IMG/VR virus record: IMGVR_UViG_3300031240_000226
Direction: 5' to 3' (one strand)
DNA: 64,000 bases
DNA from: an uncultured virus (IMG/VR IMGVR_UViG_3300031240_000226)
Taxonomy: Duplodnaviria; Heunggongvirae; Uroviricota; Caudoviricetes
Both the position numbers and the translations under genes were made by a program. The notes under the pieces are model-generated. The model worked only from the letters and a program-made list of their open reading frames with translations, was not told the DNA's origin and searched no databases. Of this stretch, positions 18,853 through 28,510 are shown piece after piece; position 1 is the first letter of the stretch, and the number at the start of each line of letters is the position of its first letter.

Positions 18853-19481
18853 TGAACTACTTCGGCCATACTAATATCTCCAACAGCGACATCAAGTCCT
18901 TCAAACAGAAACTTGGACTATTGCCGCAGCAACCGGAAAACATTCAGGCGATCTTCGATTTCGGAACGCTATTTCATGCAACTATTCTGGAGCCTTCGAC
19001 TGTAGATAAGAATGATCAGTCAGACGATGCTAAATTAGCCCGTAAGATGAAGGATACTTTCTTCAAAGATGAGATGTGCCGGATGGTGATTTTACGCCAT
19101 GACTTCAAACGGGAAAGAGAATTTTACGAGAAAGTAAGAGTTGGAAGATATGAATTTAATTCCAGATGTAAGGCTGATGGCGATAGTGAAGGGATATCAT
19201 TGTTTTTAGAACTGAAGGGACTGAATGTGGAAAATGAGAAGGCTTTTAAGATGGCATTGGAGAGATTCGACTACGACCAAGCGGTCGCTCATTACATGCT
19301 GACTGCTAGGCGCAAAACTGAGTTGATAGTGGGGATTAGCAAGAAGAAACCGGAATTGTTATTCAAGAAGATAGTTAAACAATATGATGACTTCTATCTC
19401 GGGGGGGAACAAAAATTAATTGAGTCTTTGGATTTATTGTATCCTTATTCGCCTGATGAGATTCAACTAATAGCGGCATGA
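18852..19481 (+). CDS. PD-(D/E)XK exonuclease, RecE/exonuclease VIII-like
   Basis: ISNSDI, FGTLFHA.ILEP, RCKAD, LELK, YDQAVAHY. Confidence 0.78.
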   Translation: MNYFGHTNISNSDIKSFKQKLGLLPQQPENIQAIFDFGTLFHATILEPSTVDKNDQSDDAKLARKMKDTFFKDEMCRMVILRHDFKREREFYEKVRVGRYEFNSRCKADGDSEGISLFLELKGLNVENEKAFKMALERFDYDQAVAHYMLTARRKTELIVGISKKKPELLFKKIVKQYDDFYLGGEQKLIESLDLLYPYSPDEIQLIAA

Positions 19482-19605
19482 GATTCCTCAAAGGACTAGC
19501 CATACTCATTTACGCGATAGTCACCTATCCGCTGTATCTGATTTGGTGCGCTTTTGTACTAGCAGTATTTATGATTTGTTTTTTATTTTTCTGGCTTAAA
19601 GAGAG

Positions 19606-19926
19606 ATGAGTTTATTCAACCGCATCATATCGCTATTTAAAGACCCGGAGAAATTATTCTATGAGGGTCAGGAGATTACACCAAAGTCACCTTGCGAGTG
19701 GGTAAATTTATCCACTAACGCAATCAGGCCAGGTCCTAAATTTGGAGAGATTGTAAAATGTGTAAACTATGTGCATGTTCGTGACGGGAAATGGTTTATT
19801 CAAGTCACTGGATACTCAGAAAACTATGCGGAAGAATGGTTTGCTCCAGTAATCAGCGATGATAAATTGGAAGAGATGCTTAATGATATTGATGAACTAA
19901 TAATCAAGACTCATGGAACTTTTTGA
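19606..19926 (+). CDS. Hypothetical protein
   Basis: ORF in operon. Confidence 0.6.
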   Translation: MSLFNRIISLFKDPEKLFYEGQEITPKSPCEWVNLSTNAIRPGPKFGEIVKCVNYVHVRDGKWFIQVTGYSENYAEEWFAPVISDDKLEEMLNDIDELIIKTHGTF

Positions 19927-20446
19927 AGCGCGATATCTGGCGGAGTCAATAGTAAAAAAGTTAGTCCCAGTATGTGAACGTGTACAGATATGCGGAGGAA
20001 TTAGGAGACATAAATCAGATCCTCATGATATTGATTTAGTGGTAATCCCTAAACGAACACCGATCAAAGATTTATTCGGCATGGTAACACGGCACGTACC
20101 AACGGTAGAATTCCAAAATCTTATCGATTCTTGGGAGAAACTGAAAGGAGAGGCTACCGGAAAATATACTCAACGACTTGTTAATAAAGTCAAAGTAGAA
20201 ATTAGCATGGCCGACTTTGATAATTTTGGATGCCTACAATTAATACGCACTGGCAATGCTGATTTTTCTCAGATGATAATGACTAGGGTTTTAAAGTGTG
20301 GACTACAGCAACGTGACGGATATCTTTGGAATGATACTAGAAGAATTCCTGTTCACTCTGAAGAAGAATATTTTAAGATTCTGGACTTGCCGTATGTGGT
20401 TCCGCAGTTGAGGGACAAGGATGCGTTTAAAAAAGTAAAAATATGA
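19913..20446 (+). CDS. Minimal DNA polymerase X-family nucleotidyltransferase
   Basis: CGGIRR...HDIDLV, LIRTG, EEEYFKILDLPYV.PQLR. Confidence 0.85.
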   Translation: MELFEARYLAESIVKKLVPVCERVQICGGIRRHKSDPHDIDLVVIPKRTPIKDLFGMVTRHVPTVEFQNLIDSWEKLKGEATGKYTQRLVNKVKVEISMADFDNFGCLQLIRTGNADFSQMIMTRVLKCGLQQRDGYLWNDTRRIPVHSEEEYFKILDLPYVVPQLRDKDAFKKVKI

Positions 20447-20561
20447 TAGGCAAACTACTCTGCGCAATAGGTGCGCACAAACTATTGTATCGTGAATTCT
20501 GGAATGGATATTTCAGACCACATTTTGAGTGCAAAAGGAAAGGGTGTAAATATTGGAAAGA

Positions 20562-20957
20562 ATGATGCCACGAGTATTAAAATTTCGCGCTTGGGATGGA
20601 CATCAGATAGTTCATCCAGTTGATCTTTCACAAGGAGGAGGATTAGAATGGCTTGGTGTTTATGATTGGCCATTAATGCAATTCACTGGATTGAAGGATA
20701 AGAATGGTAAGGAGATTTATGAAGGAGATATAGTGTGTGCAATTCGGACTCCAGATCAACCAATATCTGGTGGCTATTTAGGAATCAAGGCAGATAATAA
20801 AAGCCCAGAATACCGCTTAGTTGATTTCAAAATCACTGATACCAAGATCAGTTTTGAATTACCAAAAGACATTTCTTACTCCGAGCGCATTCCGGGCAAT
20901 GAATTACAATGGGAAGTAGTTGGCGATATCTACACAACACCAGAACTACTCAAATGA
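20562..20957 (+). CDS. YopX family protein
   Basis: KFRAWD, LMQFTGLKDKNGKEIYEGDIV, EVVGDIYTTPELL. Confidence 0.9.
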   Translation: MMPRVLKFRAWDGHQIVHPVDLSQGGGLEWLGVYDWPLMQFTGLKDKNGKEIYEGDIVCAIRTPDQPISGGYLGIKADNKSPEYRLVDFKITDTKISFELPKDISYSERIPGNELQWEVVGDIYTTPELLK

Positions 20958-21247
20958 CCGACATCCTCAAAAAGCGTTTCCGTAAAATCATTCGAAAGCA
21001 TTTCGAAGAGAAGTTCACCAAGAGTTATGAACGCACGAAAGACCTGTATCAACTTTTGGCGTTTATGGATTCAGTGATGGAGGAAGTAGAAGTGGATGAT
21101 TTAATTCCAACTGAACGTAGAGAACAGGTGAAAATCATAAATGAACTTGTTGGTAATCTTTACGATCAAACTTGGCGTGAAAGAATATTTCCAATTGCTT
21201 CGCCAACAACAGGTAAAATTGTAAATGTTGTAATTTCGTTAAGATGA
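20954..21247 (+). CDS. Hypothetical protein
   Basis: ATGA coupling on both sides. Confidence 0.6.
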   Translation: MTDILKKRFRKIIRKHFEEKFTKSYERTKDLYQLLAFMDSVMEEVEVDDLIPTERREQVKIINELVGNLYDQTWRERIFPIASPTTGKIVNVVISLR

Positions 21248-21696
21248 CCTTGAAAAAATTTTCCGAACTCTACAATAACTCGCGGCATCAAAACGTACCT
21301 GAGCACTGCCGACCTAACAAGCAGTTCAAAGAGAACTCAGCTAATGAGTTGACGAAATCTATTCTAGCATGGTTTCAATTTCATAAGATAAAAGCATGGA
21401 GGCAAGCATCCGAAGGTCGTGTATTACTAGCTAAGCAATACACTGATGTTCTCGGCCATACTAAAACTATTGGCACGAATACATATATTCCAAGAAGTAA
21501 AGCGGCAAAAGGAATTGGAGATATTTGTGCAGTTCATCAATCGAAGTTTATTACCTTGGAAGTGAAATATGGTAAAGACATACAATTAGATGTTCAGAAA
21601 AAATTCGAGAACGAAATTACTAAAGCTGGTGGTATATATCTGATAATTCGTAACTGGGATTCTTTCATATTTCAGATTGAGCCATTATTAAAATGA
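21244..21696 (+). CDS. VRR-NUC / Holliday-junction resolvase-like nuclease
   Basis: ANELTK, GIGDI, LEVKYGKD, Q...AGGIY. Confidence 0.8.
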   Translation: MTLKKFSELYNNSRHQNVPEHCRPNKQFKENSANELTKSILAWFQFHKIKAWRQASEGRVLLAKQYTDVLGHTKTIGTNTYIPRSKAAKGIGDICAVHQSKFITLEVKYGKDIQLDVQKKFENEITKAGGIYLIIRNWDSFIFQIEPLLK

Positions 21697-21814
21697 GTAT
21701 CCTCGCCCTCATACTCCATCATGCACATCCTCCAAAGGAATATTTGCCTTATGTTTACGGACAAGAGTTGAACGAAGAATTACCTTTTTGATTGAAGGTT
21801 TTAGATAAAAATTT

Positions 21815-22024
21815 ATGACCGAAGAGAAAGAACAATCGATAATTGACAAAATGAAGGAATCATTTAAAGACAAATCTGATTCTGAGATGATTCAATTACT
21901 GGAACAGACAGTTCAAGCATACGAAGTACTTGGTGGAGATTGGCTTTATCATATTATGCAAAAAAGTATTATTAAAAATGAACTTACAAGAAGAGGCATA
22001 AAAATGAAAAGCGCATCTTCCTAA
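21815..22024 (+). CDS. Hypothetical protein
   Basis: ORF with AT-rich leader. Confidence 0.55.
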   Translation: MTEEKEQSIIDKMKESFKDKSDSEMIQLLEQTVQAYEVLGGDWLYHIMQKSIIKNELTRRGIKMKSASS

Positions 22025-22095
22025 CTGGACAGAGGCGCTTCATTGTTTGCAGAACTAGACCGGAAGTAAAAACGGCCAGGTTAACACAAATATAA

Positions 22096-22689
22096 ATGAT
22101 TTACGACAATTACAACAAATACCTCCAAGACCAGATGACCAAGTTTGAGTCATTTGAAGGAGAACTGTACGCCGAGGGTATCAAGAAAACGATCGATTAT
22201 GTGTTTCCGGGCACCTATGAAGGCAAGATTTTGGAATTCTGCTGCGGTGATGGAACAACAAGCAAATACCTCAAAGAAAAAGGCTTCTGGGTGAAGGCAT
22301 TTGATGGCAATGCCAAGAAGGTACAGATAGCTAGGTTAAAGAATCCAACCTTGCATTTCCGAACCTTGGAAGTCAAAGCCGCTCTCGATGCCTACATGCA
22401 TCAGCAATTCGACTACATTTACGCCTCACATTGTTTTGAGCACTTCCTCGATCCCATAGCGATCCTCGAAGGATGCAAAAAACTGATCAAGCCAAAAGGG
22501 GTAATCATCGTCATCATCCCTTACCCCAACTCAGAATGCGAAGGTCATCCAGGGTCGAATAAGTTAAAACTAAACATGGACATTTGGGATGTGGAGATGA
22601 ACATGGAGGCAGCGGGCTTCAAAGTCGAGTCTATTGAACTGAAGAATTTTAGAGAACCGGAGTTGCTGATCAAATTGACAATCAAATGA
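22096..22689 (+). CDS. Class I SAM-dependent methyltransferase (small-molecule type)
   Basis: ILEFCCGDG, FDYIYASHCFEH, IKPKG. Confidence 0.82.
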   Translation: MIYDNYNKYLQDQMTKFESFEGELYAEGIKKTIDYVFPGTYEGKILEFCCGDGTTSKYLKEKGFWVKAFDGNAKKVQIARLKNPTLHFRTLEVKAALDAYMHQQFDYIYASHCFEHFLDPIAILEGCKKLIKPKGVIIVIIPYPNSECEGHPGSNKLKLNMDIWDVEMNMEAAGFKVESIELKNFREPELLIKLTIK

Positions 22690-22741
22690 TTTTTGCTATC
22701 TTGCTTACGGTTTCACAGTTATTCGGTTCAAATGAATCTAC

Positions 22742-22832
22742 AACACTTAAAATAAAGTCAACAAAGGATTGTGGCACCCTCCTTAACTGGATGACTGCGA
22801 AACCACACAATCCCGAGTTGACCTCTTGTGTT
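22742..22832 (+). promoter_or_regulatory. Long RNA hairpin covering the translation start region of the HNH gene
   Basis: AACAC/GTGTT, GTCAAC/GTTGAC, GGATTGTG/CACAATCC nested pairings ending at the ATG (22833). Confidence 0.55.
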
Positions 22833-23318
22833 ATGGGCCAACTTACAATTCATTCCAAAAAGCATGGAGATAAAATAGTTCTCTATGATGATGAAGATCA
22901 TGAATTAATCTCCAAAGAAAATTGGTTTATAATTAAACCGCATAATATTTTTTATGTTGTCTCTGGTATTAGTAATAAACGGCCGAGAACAATAAGGATG
23001 CATCAATTAATTCTAGGATTTCCAAAAAAAGACATTGATCATCGTAATGGGAATGGATTAGATAATCGTAGGAAAAATTTAAGAAAAATAGCTACTAGCT
23101 CTCAAAATAAAATGAATTGCGGGATGTATTCAAATAATACCTCGGGATATAAAGGAGTTCATTATTACTACACTCATAAAAAATGGGGAGCGCAAATTTA
23201 TAGTAACAAAAAGTGTTATTTTTTAGGACTTTTTGAAACGGCTAAGGACGCAGGAATTGCCTATAATATTGCCGCAATAAAATATCACGGTGAATTCGCA
23301 AGACTAAATCAAATATAA
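22833..23318 (+). CDS. HNH homing endonuclease with AP2 domain
   Basis: MHQLI, DHRNGNGLDNRRKNLR, NTSGYKGV, AYNIAAIKYHGEFARLN; start reassigned to MGQL. Confidence 0.9.
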   Translation: MGQLTIHSKKHGDKIVLYDDEDHELISKENWFIIKPHNIFYVVSGISNKRPRTIRMHQLILGFPKKDIDHRNGNGLDNRRKNLRKIATSSQNKMNCGMYSNNTSGYKGVHYYYTHKKWGAQIYSNKKCYFLGLFETAKDAGIAYNIAAIKYHGEFARLNQI

Positions 23319-23323
23319 ATTTT

Positions 23324-24919
23324 ATGAATAAGAAAATCGACTACGATCTCGAAGGACTCAGAAAAATCCAAGCAGGGGTAAATACTCTAGCTGATGTTGT
23401 CCGTTCCACTTTAGGCCCTGGGGGAACAAACGTAATTATCGAAAAACAATCCTTCAGCATAGTGACCAAGGACGGTGTGACGGTGGCTCGCGAAGTCAAC
23501 TTGGAAGATCCTGTCGAAAATATAGGAGCTCAGATTGTAAAAGAGGCGGCAACCAGAACTGTGCAAGGTGCTGGGGATGGCACAACCACCGCCACAGTAC
23601 TCGCTCAGGCAATATTCAATGCAGGGTTAAAGAACATTGGCGCCGGTGCAGCCCGCATGGATTTGAAGCGCGGGATTGATTTGGCGGTGAAGACGGTAGT
23701 GACTGAATTGAGAAAAATGGCCAAACCAGTAGAGGATGGAGATTTATTGAAGGTGGCCATAATCTCTGCAAATGGTGATGAGGTGATTGGCGGACTTATC
23801 AATGAAGCCATCACGAAAGTTGGTAGAGAGGGCATCGTTTCAGTTGAAGACACAAAGAATTTAGATTCTTATGTTGCCGTGGTAGAAGGAACGCAATTCC
23901 ATCGGGGCTGGCTTTCTGGATATTTTGCAGCTGATAACATGCGCCAGGAATGGGACTTCAAGAATTGTGAAGTTTTGATTTACGAAGGATCAATCACTTC
24001 TTATAAAGAACTTGTGCCACTGTTTGAAAAATTCAGAAAGGCCAATCACACAAGCCCATTGCTCCTTGTTGCCAGCGACGTATCCGGCGAAGCATTAGCG
24101 GCCATGGCCATGAATCATGCAAAAGGGAACATGATTGCATGCGCGGTCCAGTCAATGGACATGAATGACAAACGCAATGAACATCTCAAGGATCTGGCGG
24201 CATTAACAGGGGCAACGATTATTGCCAAGGAAACAGGTATTTCTTTAACTACTGCCACGGTATCAGTTCTCGGGACCGCTGATCGAATTCGAGTAAGTCA
24301 ACATACTACTACAATCCTCGGTGGAGGCGGTGGAGATAAGATTAAGGCCAGAATTGCCACCATTGAAGAAGAAATCAAGAATGCACCAAATGAACAAGCG
24401 GTTGTTGCTCTCCAGCACCGTAAGGCTCAGATGTCAAATGGTATGGGAGTCATTTATGTTGGAGGAAGTTCCAATGTGGAGATCATGGAGAAAAAGGACC
24501 GCATTGACGATTCACTAAATGCTACTCGGGCAGCGCTTGATGAAGGCGTTGTTCTTGGGGGGGGAGTCGCTTATGTCCGGGCAGTAGAACAAATCGAACT
24601 TGATGATCAATGGCCAGTAGTTGATAATCCCGATCAGACCACAGGTGTAAAAATTATCAAGTCAGCATTGATGGAACCATTCCGGGTTATCATTGAAAAT
24701 GTAGGTGGTAGTCCCGATGTTGTCTTAGCAAAAGTTCTCAATAGTGAAGATGCCTTTGGTTATGATGCCAAGAATCTACAATACTGCGATCTCATTGAGG
24801 CTGGCATCATAGACCCCGCCAAAGTCAGTAGACTTGCCCTCGAGAACGCGGCTTCAGTAGCAGGAATGCTATTGACAACAAAGGCCATCATATCCATCAT
24901 CAAACCCTCCGCGAAATGA
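23324..24919 (+). CDS. groEL: Chaperonin GroEL
   Basis: TLGPGG, TKDGVTVA, AGDGTTTATVLA, KKDRIDDSLNATRAA, GGGVA, GIIDP.KV.R.ALENAASVA. Confidence 0.96.
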   Translation: MNKKIDYDLEGLRKIQAGVNTLADVVRSTLGPGGTNVIIEKQSFSIVTKDGVTVAREVNLEDPVENIGAQIVKEAATRTVQGAGDGTTTATVLAQAIFNAGLKNIGAGAARMDLKRGIDLAVKTVVTELRKMAKPVEDGDLLKVAIISANGDEVIGGLINEAITKVGREGIVSVEDTKNLDSYVAVVEGTQFHRGWLSGYFAADNMRQEWDFKNCEVLIYEGSITSYKELVPLFEKFRKANHTSPLLLVASDVSGEALAAMAMNHAKGNMIACAVQSMDMNDKRNEHLKDLAALTGATIIAKETGISLTTATVSVLGTADRIRVSQHTTTILGGGGGDKIKARIATIEEEIKNAPNEQAVVALQHRKAQMSNGMGVIYVGGSSNVEIMEKKDRIDDSLNATRAALDEGVVLGGGVAYVRAVEQIELDDQWPVVDNPDQTTGVKIIKSALMEPFRVIIENVGGSPDVVLAKVLNSEDAFGYDAKNLQYCDLIEAGIIDPAKVSRLALENAASVAGMLLTTKAIISIIKPSAK

Positions 24920-25311
24920 AATACTATCAATGCATCCACGACCGGGTAGTAATCCGTCCCGTGGATAAAAAAACGCAGACCGAATCAGGGCTCGCTCTGC
25001 CAGAATCGGACCAGAAGCAGGATCCTATCGGCGAAATTGTGGCCGTGGGAACCGGCGTGCCACTGCATAACATTAAGTTGAACATCACCGGCGACCTGTC
25101 AGCTGAGTCTTTAACTAAGTTGGAGTCAATCGTGCGCCTGATTGAGAAAGGCCGGGAGATGCGGGTTAAAACAGGTGATGTGGTCCAATACGGCGCGATG
25201 GCTGGAATGAGTATCAATATTCCAGAGGATTACAGTAATATTAAGGCTGGAAAGTATGTAATGATTCGGGAAGCGGATTGTTTTGGAGTTGTAAGAGACA
25301 TAAACGAATAA
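24916..25311 (+). CDS. groES: Co-chaperonin GroES with insertion
   Basis: HDRVVI, TESGLALP, GEIVAVGTG, VKTGDVV, IRE.D; coupled to groEL. Confidence 0.88.
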   Translation: MKYYQCIHDRVVIRPVDKKTQTESGLALPESDQKQDPIGEIVAVGTGVPLHNIKLNITGDLSAESLTKLESIVRLIEKGREMRVKTGDVVQYGAMAGMSINIPEDYSNIKAGKYVMIREADCFGVVRDINE

Positions 25312-25313
25312 CC

Positions 25314-25733
25314 ATGGACATCTCAGGAATAGTAATCGCAATATTAGAATCACAGTCCGGTACCAGCAACAATGGCAACGCATGGATTCGTCATGCCTTC
25401 GTGATAGAAACGCCAGGTCAATATCCGAAGAATATCAAGTTTGATATGTTTTCCAAGGACTCTACTTCGAAACTATCATTTGGCGAAGGCGACAATGTAA
25501 CTGTCTCCTTCAACCTGGAATCACGCGAATACAATTCCAAGTGGTACAGCAATATCAACGCGTTCAAAGTCACCACCGAAGGTCAGCGTGCACAACAGGA
25601 TAAGCCGAAAGCACAGCCTAAGAAAGGTGCAGCTGCTACTGATGACGAGGATTTATTTGCTACGCCGAGTACGGTGAATTCTAAGCCGGCGGCAGCACCT
25701 CCAACTTCTGATACTGATGACCTCCCCTTTTGA
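25314..25733 (+). CDS. DUF3127 SSB-like OB-fold protein
   Basis: GQYPKNI.F, V.VSFNLESREYNSKWYSNI.AFK, C-terminal DDLPF. Confidence 0.85.
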   Translation: MDISGIVIAILESQSGTSNNGNAWIRHAFVIETPGQYPKNIKFDMFSKDSTSKLSFGEGDNVTVSFNLESREYNSKWYSNINAFKVTTEGQRAQQDKPKAQPKKGAAATDDEDLFATPSTVNSKPAAAPPTSDTDDLPF

Positions 25734-25736
25734 TGT

Positions 25737-26117
25737 ATGGACTCACGCATGAACGACCAACCAACCCGGGAACTTAATCAATTCCAGCGGTTGGTCGTTC
25801 AGGGCCATTACATCAACTATCTCAAAAAAGGCATTGACTATTTCTCCTGGGAGAACGAAAAGAAGGATGCTATTATTGAGATGAAAGAAAAGGAGATCGA
25901 TGAATTAAAGTCATCGATCGAAATACTCAAAGGCCAGAAGGAGAAGGTTGAAGTTCAGTTTAAAGAATACCTCCACAAGGTAAAGGAAAGCAAAAAGGGA
26001 GTCACTAAAGAACAAAAAGAAATAGAAGTATCTTTGCGTAGAGATATTGAATCCTTGAAACAAAGGCTTCAAGTAAGCCATAGAATGAATCAATTATTAA
26101 CCAAACAAAACAAGTAA
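25737..26117 (+). CDS. Coiled-coil hypothetical protein
   Basis: ORF in operon. Confidence 0.6.
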   Translation: MDSRMNDQPTRELNQFQRLVVQGHYINYLKKGIDYFSWENEKKDAIIEMKEKEIDELKSSIEILKGQKEKVEVQFKEYLHKVKESKKGVTKEQKEIEVSLRRDIESLKQRLQVSHRMNQLLTKQNK

Positions 26118-26362
26118 TGCATTACAGAAACGGAAAGGTAGCCAATAACGGCGATAAGATCGTACAGATTGGCGCAAATGGTGAGATCACAGCGGTAGGC
26201 GTGCTTCATAGCGCAACACCAGGCAATGATTATTGTAACGGATTCATAGCACCAATTCAATCAGCTAATCAAATGGCGTGCATTTGTGATTGTCTTCACG
26301 TTGATGATGTTGCGGAATTTTTGAAGGAAAAAGGTCTTGAGAAACGACCAGAGGGTAAGTAA
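26117..26362 (+). CDS. Hypothetical phage protein
   Basis: MHYRNG...DYCNG...CLHVDD. Confidence 0.7.
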   Translation: MHYRNGKVANNGDKIVQIGANGEITAVGVLHSATPGNDYCNGFIAPIQSANQMACICDCLHVDDVAEFLKEKGLEKRPEGK

Positions 26363-26365
26363 GAC

Positions 26366-26569
26366 CTAACGAATTCTTCTGAATCCGAATTGATCGTAAC
26401 GCCATGTGTGTATTTTTTTAAGTTCACGCATGGCTTTTTTATGTTCAGCTACTATCTCTTTTACAATTGGATCATTCCAGTCAATTGCTTTTACTTCTAA
26501 AACTGCTCCCGGCTTTAGAATATCTTCTGTTTTTAATCGTGTCATACTATTATACTGCAAGCGTGACAA
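26366..26569 (-). CDS. Hypothetical protein
   Basis: Last ORF of the leftward glyco operon. Confidence 0.5.
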   Translation of the reverse strand: MSRLQYNSMTRLKTEDILKPGAVLEVKAIDWNDPIVKEIVAEHKKAMRELKKIHTWRYDQFGFRRIR

Positions 26570-27325
26570 TCACTCGACATACGTCCTCTCAGCACTCCAT
26601 TTTTGAATCCACTTAGGCAAACTTTTCGGAATAGGCTTCAACTCATGAGGTTCGAAGTAATCCATTGGTTCAAACAACTCGTGCTTGTCGAGTTTCTTGT
26701 CATAATCAGACATCTGGAAGACGCCTACTTGCATATTGATAATTTTAGACTTCATTACCTCGCGGCGTCTGACATATCCCATGTGATAGATAAGGATATC
26801 ATTCACAAACTCAAATGATGCCTGGGCACGAACCGATTCGCCATCGTCTACACAACGAGCATGTACTTTAGCCAGCCTGATCACTTGCGGGCTGCATGGA
26901 TTACGTTCTCCAGGAACATTTAGCATTGAATGATGATCGCGCCATAGATTGAATCTGGTGCACATGAAGCCTTCGCTGTCTTTCTCGATTGCCTTACGGA
27001 CGGCAGGAAAAGAATCCTGATGTAAAATTTCGTCACACTGAAGGTAGAAATTATGCGTTGTACGAAGGTTTGCGATAGCGATGTTGCTGAAATAACTCAG
27101 GCGCTCTTTGCCTTTGGTTACGTTCCAAAGTTCCTCATCGACCAAGATAAGTCTAGTCTTCTCATCAAGTAATGGTTGGATTGCTTCAATGGTCCCGTCA
27201 TCACTTGGTATCGCGCAAATACAAACCTCATCACAGAGTTCTTTAAGGCATTGGATGGTTTCGAGAAAACAATAGTCGAATTTGAAGCCATTGTAAATGA
27301 ATGTGGATCCTCCGAGTGTGCTCAT
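26570..27325 (-). CDS. GT-A fold glycosyltransferase (GT2-like)
   Basis: SDDGT, LQCDEILH, IYHMGYVR. Confidence 0.75.
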   Translation of the reverse strand: MSTLGGSTFIYNGFKFDYCFLETIQCLKELCDEVCICAIPSDDGTIEAIQPLLDEKTRLILVDEELWNVTKGKERLSYFSNIAIANLRTTHNFYLQCDEILHQDSFPAVRKAIEKDSEGFMCTRFNLWRDHHSMLNVPGERNPCSPQVIRLAKVHARCVDDGESVRAQASFEFVNDILIYHMGYVRRREVMKSKIINMQVGVFQMSDYDKKLDKHELFEPMDYFEPHELKPIPKSLPKWIQKWSAERTYVE

Positions 27326-27546
27326 ATCAAAACAACTTTAAATTTCTTTAATACCATTTTCTTGATCTGCCTGGGTTTTACACCTTTCGACAACTGCACG
27401 TTCACAAACTTCTGTATTTCCGCCTGCTTCTCGGGCGTCATCTCAGACTCGTACTTTTTGATCTCCGCTTCCTTCTCTTTGTCAGTCATGCCATTGAAGC
27501 GCCGGCGAATGTCTTGGGGTAGGTTTTTAAGTTTGTCGGGGTTCAT
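27322..27546 (-). CDS. Hypothetical protein
   Basis: ATGA coupled. Confidence 0.6.
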   Translation of the reverse strand: MNPDKLKNLPQDIRRRFNGMTDKEKEAEIKKYESEMTPEKQAEIQKFVNVQLSKGVKPRQIKKMVLKKFKVVLI

Positions 27547-27803
27547 AGAATTCTAATTATCCATCCAAAAATAGCGACTGATTTTATTTTGTAGTCACCT
27601 TCTTCATAAAACCTGTCAAGATACCAACCCCCATTTTTTTTGTTAACTCCCATAAGGCCATGATTGTCAAAAAATCGAAAACAAAAATAATATACTCCAT
27701 CATGTGAAATAGCTGAATGGTAACAATAACTAAAAATTGAGTAATCAAATAAGAATAGATGCATGAACTTCCAACCACGCTTAATTGTAATAGGATTTCT
27801 CAT
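27543..27803 (-). CDS. Hypothetical protein
   Basis: ATGA coupled. Confidence 0.5.
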   Translation of the reverse strand: MRNPITIKRGWKFMHLFLFDYSIFSYCYHSAISHDGVYYFCFRFFDNHGLMGVNKKNGGWYLDRFYEEGDYKIKSVAIFGWIIRIL

Positions 27804-28510
27804 ATAAACTTCCCCCTCAACTCTACATCTCTAAACTCATTCAACCGCGATTCGACATACTTGCGGCGCATCTGAACTTCGGATTCCCTGTCGCCATGGT
27901 TAGCTAAGTTCCAAGACAATTTTCCGAAGTGGCCGAACTTTTCGAAATCCATGCCGATGATATCGGTGTCAATGTTTCCTGGCTTACGAGGAAGAATCAA
28001 CGGCTGCAAATTAGCGCGCCATAAGCGATCGTAAAAGTGACTACCCACATCGAACGACCAGTCTGTGGTATCGCGAAATTTCAATATTCCAACCTTCCTT
28101 GCAGCCTCAATATCAAACAGAATCATCCATGCCCCCAGCCGTGGCTTCACAGCCTCATGCAATTGATCACCACGCACTAAGTCTCCAGCGGCTACAATCG
28201 TATCAGTAAAAAGATCCAAATAAGTGAACACATTATCGTAAAATATCACATCAGTATCCACCAGTAAAACGTACTTCGTGGTGATGGCCGGATACACTAC
28301 ATTTATCGCCTGTTCGTGACCGATGTTTGTAGGAAAGTCAAAGAAAGGAACCCCTTGCTCATAAAGCCATTCCTTGCTGCCGTCTGTACTGCCATTATCA
28401 ACAAGCATTAATCGACATGGTTCATGGAATTTAGCAAAGGAACGCAACATTAATTCCATTACGGATTTAGCGTTCCAATTTACAGATAGCAAAGTAATAT
28501 CGTTTCTCAT
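27800..28510 (-). CDS. Glycosyltransferase family 2
   Basis: VNWN, LVDNGSTDGS, NIGH, LLVDTD. Confidence 0.85.
   Translation of the reverse strand: MRNDITLLSVNWNAKSVMELMLRSFAKFHEPCRLMLVDNGSTDGSKEWLYEQGVPFFDFPTNIGHEQAINVVYPAITTKYVLLVDTDVIFYDNVFTYLDLFTDTIVAAGDLVRGDQLHEAVKPRLGAWMILFDIEAARKVGILKFRDTTDWSFDVGSHFYDRLWRANLQPLILPRKPGNIDTDIIGMDFEKFGHFGKLSWNLANHGDRESEVQMRRKYVESRLNEFRDVELRGKFI

Noticed and set aside
22004..22085. tRNA gene (D-loop-like AACTGGA)
   Set aside because: No T-loop GTTCRA or cloverleaf; only a hairpin
22686..22832. Hydrophobic N-terminal extension on the HNH endonuclease
   Set aside because: Better explained by a structured leader with the true start at 22833
23324..25311. 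Host chromosomal contamination (groEL/groES, also dnaN)
   Set aside because: Genes are divergent, in non-canonical order and embedded among phage genes without a bacterial neighbourhood
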